Below are positions 24,645-36,270 of a stretch of 64,000 nt of DNA, piece after piece. A model generated the notes under the pieces. That model had not been told where the DNA came from. It made no database searches and worked only from the letters and a program-made list of their open reading frames with translations. This DNA comes from Malacoraja senta (lineage: Eukaryota). How positions within the stretch are numbered: the stretch's first letter is position 1; the number at the start of each line of letters is the position of its first letter. A program made the translations under genes and the position numbers. The DNA lies in assembly GCA_038087875.1 (NCBI GenBank), contig JAXLNO010000697.1, positions 1-64,000 on the forward strand, read 5' to 3'.

Positions 24645-24945
24645 GCATTGCTCTCACAAGAAGAAGCCCTGCTGCTTGCAGCAGCCCTCATGCTTAAAGA
24701 TCAGCAAGACAGAAGGACAAGAAGAATCGGGAAGAGGAAGCCCAAGAAGAGGTGTGCGTGGTTGAAGCCCTTGTCCCTGTAGAGACCCAGGTTGGGCCAG
24801 TATGACAACCTGACGATTGAGCTCCAGCAAGAAGATGAGGATGCCTTCAGAAACTTTACCAGGCTTCCCCCAGAGCTGTTTCAGGAGCTGAAGACACTGG
24901 GTGGGCCCTTTCCTGGAGAAAAAGGACACCCACGGAGGAGTCACT
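24645..24945 (+). pseudogene. Harbinger transposase N-terminal remnant (begins at 14751, split by the Nimb insertion)
   Basis: Rejoined sequence reads IIALLSQEEALLLAAALML...RRTRRIGKRKPKKR/AWLKP..RPRLGQYDNLTIELQQEDEDAFRNFTRLPPELFQEL../VGPFLEKKDT. Confidence 0.7.
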
Positions 24946-25000
24946 GTCGTAGCCTGATGTAGCTAGTAACTGTTGCCGATGGTCGCCAGCTGTCGTAGTG

Positions 25001-25573
25001 TGAGTCTCCATTTTCTCTTACATCGGTTGTTTCGACAATAATCGACCGGACACCTGGGTTGGTTTAAATGTACATTTATTCAGCAGGAGTCTTTACACAG
25101 GTTAGCAACCTAGCAAAGAGTCAAGCTCAATGCCTTTATTCGTAATGCCTTATATACTTTAAGGCTACGGTTTATGCCTCCCATATTACTGAAACAAAGC
25201 AACAGACACGTACGCAATGGTCAGGATAACAGGCACGTACATATTGGGAGGTGTTATTTAGTGGAACAATACTAGAGATAAGACAGGTACATTCCTCAGA
25301 CTTCTGGGCGCGGCGGTTTGTATATTCCTCAGACTTCTGAGAGCCAGCCATCTCAGTCAGACGGGTGCGGGTAATACCATAGTCGCGAATATGCAGTAAC
25401 AGCAGGACAATGTGTATTTCTCCTGACCACAACTTCCTGAAACCGGCAGCTACATATTAAGCAACTTTGGTCAGCAGACATTTTATGTTTTAATCCAGTC
25501 CACCTGGCCAAACCATTTTACCTTCACAGAACAATCTTACAGCGTTTATTCAAGATTTACATTCACAGTAACA
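25001..25573 (-). mobile_element. Probable solo LTR (ERV/LTR-retrotransposon) inserted in Harbinger-derived sequence
   Basis: On -: starts TGTTACTG, duplicated ~19-bp U3-like motif (25287-25339), TATATAA (25150-25156), AATAAA (25075-25080), ends ...GACTCA. No clear TSD found. Confidence 0.6.
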
Positions 25574-25679
25574 TGTTGCCAGTAAGGTCGTAGCTTGTTG
25601 TCGGTATGGTCATACATTGTCGTGGATTGTCGCCGATATAGGTGTAGATGGACTTCATTCATAGCATCACGACTGGCTG

Positions 25680-25905
25680 TTGTAGCTTGACTTCTGTGCT
25701 TTATCTGCCTCATTGGAGACCCTCGGACTATCTTTGATCAGAATTTACTGGTTTTATCTTGCACTGAACTTTATTCATGTTATTCCCTTCATCATGTTTC
25801 TGCTCACTGTGCTCGATTGTAATCATGTATTGTCCGTCTGTTGTCTGGTTAACATGCAACTAAAGCTTTTCACTGTACCTCGGTACATGTGACAATAAAC
25901 TCAAC
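25680..25905 (+). repeat. LINE-type 3' UTR fragment
   Basis: Ends cttttcactgtacctcggtacatgtgacaataaactcaactc, similar to the 3' end at ~2215-2280. Confidence 0.5.
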
Positions 25906-26059
25906 TCACTGTCTCTCAGTCCTCTCATTGATGTGGATATCTGCACTAACTGGTGTCTCTCAGTCCCTCTCTCTCACCAGGATATCTGTACACCTGGCAG
26001 GGGAGAAACCTTGATCACCAAGGAGGTTCTCCCAGGACGAGTATTTGAGTAAAAGAGAC

Positions 26060-29000
26060 TCTCTGTTCTTATTAGAACAGTTCTGGCGGCCCCTTGGGGA
26101 CAAGGGCCGTGGATCGCGGAGCAGAATCAGTGACGAGGAGTCGGTCGGCTGCGGGCTTAGAGGTGGATCCATGCTGGTTGGGCAACCAACCTAACACCTC
26201 ATTCAGCCACAATGGCAGCAGCAACTGGAGCGGGAGTACAGGGTATCCGCAATACCCTGAGAATCAGCGTTAAGGACCTCAGCAAGTGGGTTCCCTTCTC
26301 ACGGGACCTGTTCGTGAAGAAGGTCTTGCTAGAGGCCTGCAAATTTGAGGCCAAGGACATCTACTGCCTCCAGGAGTTCCCGGGTAATGGATACATTGAT
26401 GTTACCTTCAAGTATCCGACGGGATGGCAAAAGTTGATGGAAGACTTCTGGGAGAAGGGGAATGAAGCTCCGCTGTCGCTGCTGAAAGTGCAGCCACTCT
26501 TCATCCCCCCCACCCAGAAGGAAAGGATGATCACGTTGCACATGTTCAACCCACATGTGCCCGTAGTGGATGTCCTCACCTTCCTTGCTCGTCATGTCGA
26601 GGGAGCAGGGAACTGTGTGGACATAAAGGACCTGTACGGGATCTGGACGACCAAGCGGCAAGTGAAGGTGAAGCTGAGGGTGGACAAGAACGGAGCCATC
26701 ATCCACCCTCCCTCGTTGTTCGCTATCAGAGGGAACCGAGGGTACATGAGCTACACGGGGCAACCCAGGCTGTGCAGGAAATGCAACAAGCCTGGGCATG
26801 TGATGGTCCAATGCACTGCAGTTGTCTGCAAGAACTGCAAGACAGAGGGCCATGAGACAAAGGACTGTCAGGCCAGCAAGAACTGCAATCTGTGTGGGGA
26901 GGCAGGCCACCTTTACAGGGCCTGCCCTAAAAGAGCCTGCACCTATGCACAGGCGACAAGAGGGGCTGCTGCCAGCACCCCCAGGGTGGGTGAGACACCC
27001 CTCACCATTGCCAAGACTGCAGCAGAAAGGGGGAACAGGGACGAGGACAGCCCGACCACCTCGAGCCCCCAAGTGCCGGAAGGAGACCCCCAGCACCCTG
27101 CCCAGGAGGGAGAGTCGATGGAGGAGGGGGTACAGCAGGAGAAATGGACGACGGTGGTGTACAAGAAGCACCAGAGGGTTCAGCCGAAAGAGCCGAGGTC
27201 GGAAAGGGCTGGTAAGTCCAAAAATAAATCCCAAAAAAGATCTTTCTCCCTGACAGAAGGCAGCAACCTCTCCTCGTCGGAGGATGAGGCGACCGGGAAG
27301 TCCCAACGATGAGGCAGAGGAAGAAAACAGGGGAGGAAAAGAGAAAGGCCACGCCGATCATCCCCCAGCCCCAGGAGACCGAGAGCAGAGCAGCGGCCGA
27401 GGGGCTCCAGCGCCAGGACATCGGAAGCAGTGCAGAGGCCGAGGGGCTCCAGCCCCTGGAGACCGGGATCATCGCAGCGGTCGATGGGGCCCAGCTCCGG
27501 GCAAGTGGGAGCATTGCAGCGGCCAATGGGCCCCAGCTCCGGGCGACCGGTAGCAGCGCAGCGGCCGATGGGCCCCAACCCCAGGCTTGCAGGAGCAGTG
27601 AACCAGCCACCGTACCCCAGCTACGGAGGAAGCAGCGCGCCCAGAAGCGGGTGGAATGAGTAGGCCCCTCCCAACGACACCTTGGGTTACGCCACAGGAA
27701 ACCCACCTCATTGAGGATGCCGGCACTGGGTTCCTGAGCCCAGGAAAGCTGAGGCAATTCACCGAAGCGGTGGGCATGAGGGGACACGAGAATGGTCAGT
27801 GACTCTAAAGACAATGGAGATAAAACTGGCATCTTTAAACGTGCGCAGTATAAAGAGCACTGGGCGATGTGTAAATGCCTTGCAGTACCTGCACAAGGTC
27901 AAGGCAGATGTGACTTTTCCCCACGAGTGCGGGCTGCCGCACCTCCGCTGCTATCGGAGGTGGCCGCGATGGTGGTCCCACGGATTGTCGGTGTGGTCGG
28001 GGGGCAATGACTGTTGCGATTCCGGCCTGGGGATCTTGCTGCGGGGAGGGAACTTCGCCATCGCTGAGGTCAGGGAGGTGGTTGGGGGGCGTCTCCCCGT
28101 GGTGGATGTTATGTACCGTGGTTCTACGCTCCAGCCGATTAATGTGTATACCTCACCCGTGCAGAGCGAGCGGCTGGCCGTTCTCCAGTAGCTCCCACCG
28201 CTGCTGGCCACGTCCCGGCAGCTCGTTCTGGCCAGTGACTTCAACTGCATCATCGATGCGGCTGGACGATCCGGCAGTGCCGACAACAGACTGGACAGCA
28301 CGTCCAAGTTCCTCATGGAGACGGTAAAAGACGCAAAGCTGCACGACGCCTTCAGCAACCCTGCAGGCAGGTCCCAGCTGCATTTCACCTGGTCGAGATC
28401 GGACGGTTTAGCCCGACCCCGGATAGACTTCGTCTTCACGACGAAGGCCGTCACGGTGAGACACACCGACCTCACGCCGGTGTTCTTCTCTGACCACTGC
28501 CTCCTTCGGACTTTCTGTCACCTACAGGAGGACCGGAAGGCAGGCAGGGGGACGTGGAAGTTAAATATGAAGCTGTTGACCCCAGAGAACGTTGAGGAGC
28601 TAAAGAGGGACTACGCATGTTGGAGAACGGTGAGGCCCCTCTTTGACTCCCCGACACTCTGGTGGGAAGCAAACAAGGAGAACATTAAGAGGTTCTTCAT
28701 AGTTAAAGGGGTTCAGAGAGCAAGACAGAGTCAGAGGGAATTGTGCCAACTCCAGACAGATTTGCAACAACTGCTCCTTCTGCAGTCGAGAGGGGTGGAT
28801 GTGAGGGAGGAACTTAGAGAGGTGAAGGACCGGCAAGCTCGGCTCTTTACGTCTGAATCCTCCAAGATCATCTTCCGATCCAGGGTCCGCCATGTGCAGC
28901 AGGATGAGACGTGCTCACGTTTCTTCTTCCATAAGGTTCACAGGGGAAGCTCTGTGATGAACAGCCTTAGGGAAGAGGACGGCTCGGTAACATCCTCGCA

Positions 29001-31357
29001 GACGGACATGCTGAGGATCTGCAAATCCTTTTACACGGATTTGTACGACAAAAAGGCCACAGACAGCACCGCCTCCCAGAACATCCTGTCCTCTATCACG
29101 GAGGTCTTGGAGAACAGCAAGCGGGAGAGTCTGGACCAACCACTGACCCTAGAGGAGCTGACTGGCTCCATCCGTTCCTTTGACTCGAGTAAAACTCCCG
29201 GAAGCGATGGCTTACCGGCCGAGTTGTATTCGGCTCTGTGGGACTGGGTGGGCCCGGACCTGCTGGAATTGTACAACGACATGCTTCTAGCCAGCAGCAT
29301 GTCAGACTCCATGAGGAATGGCAGCATCACCCTAATCTACAAGCAGAAGGGGGAGATGAAGGATATAAAGAATTGGAGACCCATCACATTGTTGAATGTA
29401 GATTACAAGATCCTGTTTAAGGCCATCGCCAACCGGGTCAAGTCAGCTCTGGGACAGGTGATCCAACACAAACCTGTGCTGTACCTGGCAGGAAAATCTC
29501 AGAGTCTAGCGCTGCTGAGAGATACCATCGCCTACGTGCAGGACAGACGGGTGGATGCCTGCCTAGTCAGCTTGGACCAGGAGAAGGCCTTCGACAGGAT
29601 ATCGCACACGTTCATGAGGGACGTGCTCTCCAAAATGGGTTTTGGGGAGGGAATCCGAAATTGGATCAAACTGCTCTACACCAATATCCGTAGTGCAGTC
29701 CAAATCAGACAGTTTCCCTGTAAGGTCTGGAGTCAGGCAGGGGTGCCCTCTCTCTCCTGTCTTGTTTATCTGCTGTATTGAACCTTTTGCCGAGTCCATC
29801 AGGAAGGATGCGAGCATAAGAGGAGTGACATTGCCAGGCAGTGGGGGCATTCAAATCAAAATCTCCCTGTACATGGACGATGTCGCTGTCTTCTGCTCGG
29901 ATCCAGGGTCGGTCCGCAGACTGATTAGTATCTGCGACCAGTTTGAGTCGACCACGGGAGCCAGGGTGAACCGCAGGAAGAGCGAGGCCATGCTCTTTGG
30001 CAACTGGCCCGACCGAACTTCTGTCCCCTTCACCATCAAGCCTAACTTCTTGAAGGTGCTGGGGATCTGGTTCGGGGGGTCTGAGGCATGTAACAAGAAT
30101 TGGCTGGAGCGGATAGTCAAGGTGGGGAAGAAGCTGGAGCTGTGGAGGCAACGCTCCTCTCCATAACCGGAAAAAATGTGGTCATCAGGTGTGAGGTGCT
30201 CTCGGGGCTGCTGTACTTGGCGCAAGTGTGGCCTGTCCCTCCCTCCTACGCCACAGGGATCACCCGGGCCGCCTTCCAGTTCATCTGGGGGTCGAGGATA
30301 GACCGGGTGCGACGGGCCACAATGCACAAGTCAGCAGACAACAGGGGTAAAAGCGTCACTACCTGCTGAGGTTCTACCTGTCCCCGGTGTTGCGAAGGAT
30401 GGGCCTGGCGCAGATGCCACGCAATGTGCCAGTCAGCTGGACATTGCTGCCCCATCTGTCGTCTGTGGAAAGGTTCTTCCGGACCAACACCTTTGACCAC
30501 ATGTCCATTGGGCAGTGGGCAGCACGGAACGTCCTGCAGGCACTGCAGGGAAAGGACTCGATTGATCCGGTGGCGTGGTTCCCAGAGCAGACTGCCCAGC
30601 TTGTCTGGCAAAATGCCTCATCGCCAGAACTCACCAACAAGCACCAAGACCTGGCTTGGCTGGCGGTGAGGGGAGCCCTCCCAGTCAGATCTTTCCTGCA
30701 CCGTCGGGTACCTCACTGCCAGCGCACGGGACGGCTGCTATGGAGAGGAGACGGTTGCCCACCTCTTCTCAGAGTGTGGATTTGCAAAAAGAATCTGGAG
30801 AAGTATGCAGGGATCCCTGGCACGCTTTATCCCGAACAGCTCCGTCACAGAGGACTCTGTGATTTACGGACTGTTCCCAGGGACACATTCAGAGACTGAC
30901 ATCGAATGCTGCTGGAAGGTCATCAACTCGGCAAAAGACGCTGTTTGGTCTGCCCGAACGTTGTTCACCACCCAGCAGAGCGAGATGTCCGTCAGGGAAT
31001 GTTGCCGACTGGCCCGCTGCAGACTGCAGGAGTACGTGCTGAGGGACGCACTGAAGCTTGGTGCAGCCAACGCCAAGGCTCGATGGGGGAGGGCCACAGT
31101 CTAGGGTCCTCCCGCTGCTGGACATGGGGGGCACGGTATGGTGGAGACGCCCCTCAAAATAAGGGAAGGTATCCCACGCCAGGGGGCCACATGAGTGGCA
31201 CGGGTGGGGGACGGATTTGTGGAATTTGAAAAAAAATGTATTAACTGCATTGGACAATTTGTATAGCCTCCGAAAATGCCGGGTTAATTTTTCGCACGGT
31301 TCACGTATTGTATATATTTATTACTTGAATAAAGTATATTTTGAAATTTTTAAAAAA
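26060..31357 (+). mobile_element. Near full-length Tx1-like (L1 clade) LINE, degenerate ORF2; 5' boundary approximate
   Basis: ORF1 26212-27312 with three CCHC knuckles. ORF2 runs from ~27814 (KLASLNVRSIK, ASDFNC, DFVF, SDH) through RT (LDQEKAFDR, LYMDDV) to 31104 with stops and frameshifts. AATAAA at 31328-31333 and A-tail to 31357. Confidence 0.9.
26212..27312 (+). CDS. Tx1-like ORF1 (nucleic-acid binding, triple zinc knuckle); C-terminus continues by frameshift to ~27659
   Basis: CRKCNKPGHVMVQC, CKNCKTEGHETKDC, CNLCGEAGHLYRAC. Confidence 0.8.
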   Translation: MAAATGAGVQGIRNTLRISVKDLSKWVPFSRDLFVKKVLLEACKFEAKDIYCLQEFPGNGYIDVTFKYPTGWQKLMEDFWEKGNEAPLSLLKVQPLFIPPTQKERMITLHMFNPHVPVVDVLTFLARHVEGAGNCVDIKDLYGIWTTKRQVKVKLRVDKNGAIIHPPSLFAIRGNRGYMSYTGQPRLCRKCNKPGHVMVQCTAVVCKNCKTEGHETKDCQASKNCNLCGEAGHLYRACPKRACTYAQATRGAAASTPRVGETPLTIAKTAAERGNRDEDSPTTSSPQVPEGDPQHPAQEGESMEEGVQQEKWTTVVYKKHQRVQPKEPRSERAGKSKNKSQKRSFSLTEGSNLSSSEDEATGKSQR

Positions 31358-31390
31358 GGAGTGTCCAAGTGTGTGTCAGTGCTCAGAGTG

Positions 31391-31436
31391 ATGGGGGTCG
31401 CTGCTTATCTCTGTCTCCTTCTGTCCTGTCTGCCAG
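31391..31436 (+). CDS. IgW: IgH (IgW) leader exon
   Basis: MGVAAYLCLLLSCLP G|GT; 101-bp intron to the ttttattggcag acceptor at 31537. Confidence 0.92.
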
Positions 31437-31537
31437 GTGGGCGTCACCCCCACTCGGGGCCGAGCTACTTCTTGGACACTCTTTCACCCTCTGCCTCTTC
31501 AGCTTTTTATTCAACATGGTTTCTCTTTTATTGGCAG

Positions 31538-31868
31538 GCGTTCGATCCGCGGTCGTGCTGAATCAGACCCCGACCGGGGTGGCAAAGACTGGAGGGTCCC
31601 TCAAACTGACCTGTGCAACCAGCGGGTTCAGCCTCAGCAGCTACACTGGGTGAAACAGGTCTCCGGGAAAGGGCTGGAGTGGGTGGCGAGGATGAGGTAT
31701 AATGGTGACAAAAATTACGCGCCTGTCTTCAGCGGCCGATTCGAGGTTTCCAAGGACATCAGCAATGTCTATCTCCAAATGAACGGCCTGAGACTGGACG
31801 ACAACGGCCACCTATTACTGTGCGAGATGACAACTGGGGTGCAGGAACCTCGCTGACAGTGACTTCAG
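31538..31868 (+). pseudogene. IgW: Pre-joined IgW V(D)J exon, non-functional (CDR1 deletion frameshift, +1 in FR3, out-of-frame V-J joint)
   Basis: GVRSAVVLNQTPTGVAKTGGSLKLTCATSGFSLSSY / WVKQVSGKGLEWVA...GRFEVSKD..VYLQM..LRLDD / TATYYCAR / DNWGAGTSLTVTS G|GTAAG. No heptamer or nonamer between V and J. Confidence 0.93.
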
Positions 31869-32580
31869 GTAAGACCAATTCCTCAATTCCATTTTACCCA
31901 GTTGTGTTTCATTAATTTATGGTCTTTGGAAATTCTGTAATTGACCTGAACTCGGTGAGATATTTGGAACAATTGCACGGATTTCCCGGAGACTGGCGGG
32001 TTTCTGCAGAGTTAGAATCTACCCAGCAACAGTACATTTCCCACCGCGTTGAACTGCCCCACAGGCTGTTCTTTCCCTGAGTCTCGCCATCATCTATCTT
32101 GTGCATGCCGACCAAGCTGGCTCTCTGGGCTCGTCCCTTTGGCCATATATCCTTCTCATCCATATATCGGATTTGTTTGATAATAAGAATTCTATCTACT
32201 TTTATAGTTTCCTCTGGCAACTCATTCCAGATACTGCCTATTGAAGGCAGTCTGCCAAAAGCCACCCCAGCTCCCTGTCCACCTAACTCGCCACTCTCAG
32301 CGAACCATGCCCCTGCATTTCCACATCTGTCTGTTCTACAACACTCTCCGGGCTCTACCATTTAATGTGTAAGTCCAGCCCTGGTTTGATCGACCAAAGT
32401 TCAACACCCCCTCACAAGTCAGAGTTAAATTCCATTTGGCATTCCTTGGCTCACCTTCCCAGCTGATCTCGATCTTTTGGTAAACTTATCCTTCCTCACT
32501 GTCCACTCGGTCACTGATTTTGGTGTCATCTGCAAACTTACTATCAATGTCCACTATATTGTATGACAGACTGTTAATCA

Positions 32581-33225
32581 GATTCAGATTCAGATTATTT
32601 AATGACCACACAGTCAAGCTGGTGGAATTCATGTTCAGTACAGGATGTTACACAATAGGCTGATTCCCGTCAAACATAACATAAAACACAACAACATACA
32701 GTATACAGTACATGCACAAGGTGGCTATGTGATGTTGTCATAGAGTGTTCAGAATTCGAATTGCATATGGGTAGAAACTGTTTTTAAATCGTTATGTTTT
32801 GGCGGGCAGTGAGCTGTAGCGCCTTCCTGACGGCAGCAGGTGGAAGATGTGGTGAGCTGGGTGGGAGGGATCAGAAATGATTTTCTTCACCCTTGACACA
32901 GACCGTTTGAGATTGAGTGAATCTATTGATGGGAGGGGGTGCTGATGATTTTGGATGCTTTGTTGACAATGTGCTGTAGTTTATTACGGGAGTGAGTGTC
33001 TAAGCTGCTGTACCAAACTGTTATTGATGAAATGAGCATGCTTTGGATGATGGCTGTGTAAAATCGGATTAGGAGATGTTTCCTCACTCTGAACTTCTTG
33101 AGCTGACGGAGAAAGAAAAGTCTTTGATTGGCTTTTTTATAAATGTGATCTGAATTGATTTTCCATTTGAGGTTATTGCTTATGTGAGTGCCAAGAAATT
33201 TTAATGTAGATAACAAACAACAGTG
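32581..33225 (-). mobile_element. Rex1/Babar-like LINE 3' fragment
   Basis: KFLGTHISNNLKW...KKANQRLFFLRQLKKF...; (AATCTG)n tail. Confidence 0.8.
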
Positions 33226-34370
33226 GTCTCAGCACTGACCCCTGCAGCAGTCCACTTTCTCCAAGCTAATTTAGCTCATGTTGGGTTTCATATGATCTAA
33301 CCTTCCATGCCAGCCCACCATGCCAGACCTATCAGGTTCATGAGGCACAATTTCCCAAACACAAGCCATGCAGTCCCTAATCCTTGGCCCACCCTACCAA
33401 GTGATCTAGATCTTCGTGTAAACTTAGGACTATCCCTAATCAGTCCGTGCCTGTCCAAATACTGGTAGTTCCTGTCATGAAGGACATTCCCACCAATGAT
33501 GTCAGGCTCACTGGTGCAGATCCCTGGCTTGGCCCTAATGTCCTTCTTCAATTACACTTCAGTATCAGCCACCCTCCAGTCATTTGGAGATTAATCTGCA
33601 GCGGAAGATGATGTAAATACCTCTGATGGAAAGTAAATTATTTTCCTGAGCTTCCCACAAGATCAGAGGATGCATTTGTAAGGCACTGGGGATTTATCCA
33701 CCTTAATGCACTTGAACGCTGCCATTAGCTCCTCTTTGGTCATTTGGTTATGATCTAAGACATCACAACTCCTATGATTCAACTCATTAGCTTCCATGAT
33801 CTTCTCATTAGTTACTGCGGATAGGAAATATTCATTTAATATCTCGCCCATCTCTTGCGTCTACATGAAGGTGGCCATGCTGATCTGAATTTTAAGGGAA
33901 CCTATTCTTCCCCAAACTACTTTATCGTTATTTGACTATAGAGTCCCTCTTAGGGTTTTCCTTGACCTTGCCTGTCAGAACCATTTCATGGCCTCTTTAT
34001 TGCCCAAGTGCATTCTTTAGTGTGTTCCTACGCTTCTTATACCCACTGAGGCATTCACTTGAGCGCGACAGCCTTAATCTGAGGTATGTCTCCTGCTTTT
34101 ATCTGACCAGAGACTCAACATCACTCAAAAACCAGGATTCCATGAACGTGCCAGACTTGCCCTTCACCCTAACATTAATAAGCTGCCCCTGCACTCTGGC
34201 TATCCCACTTTTGAAAGCCTCCCACATGTCAGCCATCCCCTAACCACTAATTGACTCTCCCAAACAAACTCTGCAAGTTCCAGACCAATGCTTCCAAAAT
34301 CAGCCTTAACTCAGTTAGGATCTTCATTTGTGGGCCAGTTTCATGCTTCTCGATAACTACTTTAAAACTA
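33226..34370 (-). mobile_element. Old degraded CR1 fragments
   Basis: MGEILNEYF.S..T.EK, IKVDKSP and HGxC motifs with many stops. Confidence 0.6.
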
Positions 34371-34375
34371 GTAGA

Positions 34376-34615
34376 GGTGTAGGACATAACTGCAGATGCT
34401 GGTTTAAACTGAAGATAGATACAAAAAGCTGGAATAACTCAGCGGGTCAAACAGCATCTCTGGAGAGAGGGAAACGGTGACATTTAGGGTCGAGACCCTT
34501 CAGATTGAGAGTCAGGGGAAAGGACTCTCAGGCTGAAGAAGAGTCTTGACCTGAAACACCTTTTCTCCAGAGATGCTGTCTGACCCGTAGAGGCACTCTA
34601 GCTTTTTGTGTTTAA
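34376..34615. repeat. Short dispersed repeat in head-to-head (palindromic) arrangement; Penelope-pLTR/SINE-like with degenerate hammerhead-like motifs
   Basis: actgcagatgctgg...actcagcggg.c..cagcatctctggag...gggtcgagaccctt followed by its inverted copy; same family as 48795-48950 and 55286-55410. Confidence 0.6.
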
Positions 34616-34959
34616 AACTGGAAGAACTATGGTCACTGGTCTAAAAATGCTTCCACGCTGACATCTCATCCCTTGCCTCATATCTGAAGCAGAGGTTTAG
34701 TGTTGTATTCTCTATAGCGGTTCCAGCAGAACCCTCTTTGAGTTGATTAAGGAATCTTTCTGAGATGCGGTTAACAAATTCTGTCTCATCCTAGCACTTA
34801 ATATTGTGGGATACCCAGTCAATATGAGGGAAGTTTAAATCTCCCACTAATACCACACTATTATTCATCCAACTCAGCTAAAGGACAAGTACGGACACAA
34901 TCAGATGAATGGCCCCGTTCTGTGCTCTGAGATTCAATGAATCTATTATTTATTTTGTA

Positions 34960-36270
34960 AATCCAGTTGCAGTTGTATTAGATTACTATCTAAATGGTGT
35001 CAAGTTGGGAAAAGGGGAAGTACAACGGGATCTGGGGGGTCCTTGTTCATCAGTCTATGAAAGTAAGCATGCAGGTACAGCAGGCAGTGAAGAAAGCGAA
35101 TGGCATGTTGGCCTTTATAACAAGAGGAATCGAATATAGGAGCAAAGAGGTCCTTCTGCAGTTGTACAGAGCCCTAGTGAGACCACACCTGGAGTATTGT
35201 GTGCAGTTTTGGTCCCCTAATTTGAGGAAGGACATTCTTGCTATTGAGGGAATGCAGTGTAGGTTTACAAGGTTAATTCCCGGGATGGCAGGACTGTCAT
35301 ATGCTGAGAGAATGGTGCAGCTGGGCTTGTACACTCTGGAGTTTAGAAGGATGAGAGGAGATCTCATTGAAACATATAAGATCGTTAAGGGTTTGGACAC
35401 GCTAGAGGCAGGAAACATGTTGCGGGAGTCCAGAACCAGGGGCCACAGTTTAAGAATAAGGAGTAAGCCATTTAGAACGGAGACGAGGAAACACTTTTTC
35501 TCACAGAGAGTTGTGAGTCTGTGGAATTCTCTGCCTCAGAGGGCGGTGGAGGCAGGTTCTCTGGATGCTTTCAAGAGAGCTAGATAGGGCTCTTAAAAAT
35601 AGCGGAGTCGGGGAATATGGGGAGAAGGCAGGAACGGGGTACTGATCGGGGATGATCAGCCATGATCACATTGAATGGCTCGAAGGGCTGAAGGGCCTAC
35701 TCCTGCAACTATTGTCTATTGTCTAAGACATTGGTGAGACCGCATTTAGAATATTGTGTTCAGTTCTGGGCACCATGTTATAAGAAAGATATTGTCAAGC
35801 TTGAAAGGGTTCTGAAAAGTTTTACGAGGATGTTGCCAGGACTAGAGGGTGTGAGCTGTAGGGAGAGGTTGAGTAAGCTGGGTCTCTATTCCATGGCGCA
35901 TGAGGATGAGGGGAGATCTTATAGAGGTATACAAAATCATTAGATGCACAGATTCTTTTACCCAGAGTAGGGGAATCGAGGACATAGGTTCAAGGTGAAG
36001 GGGAAAAGATTTAATAGGAATCCGAGAGGTAACTTTTTCACACAAAGGGTGGTGGGCGTATGGAACAAGCTGCCAGAGGAGGTAGTTGAGGTTGGGACTA
36101 TCCCATCGTTTTATGATCCAGTTGGACAGGTACATGGGTAGGACGGGTTTGGATGGTTATGGACCAAGCGCAGGCAAGTGGGACTAGTGTAGCTGGGATA
36201 TTGTTGGCCGGTGTGGACGAGTTGGGCCGAAGGGCCTGTTTCCACACTGTATCACTCTATGACTCAATGT
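34960..36270 (+). mobile_element. Two consecutive CR1 3' fragments
   Basis: ORF 34994-35587 (AVKKANGMLAFI...PHLEYCVQFWSP) plus a second fragment 35719-36270 with CR1 3'UTR. Confidence 0.85.

Noticed and set aside
26329-27832. Long antisense ORFs (325 aa and 276 aa) over Tx1 ORF1
   Set aside because: Shadow ORFs of a GC-rich coding strand; no independent motifs.
31391-31868. Processed (retrotransposed) Ig pseudogene
   Set aside because: Leader intron and J splice donor with a long J-C intron are retained; no poly(A) or TSD around the V-J unit.
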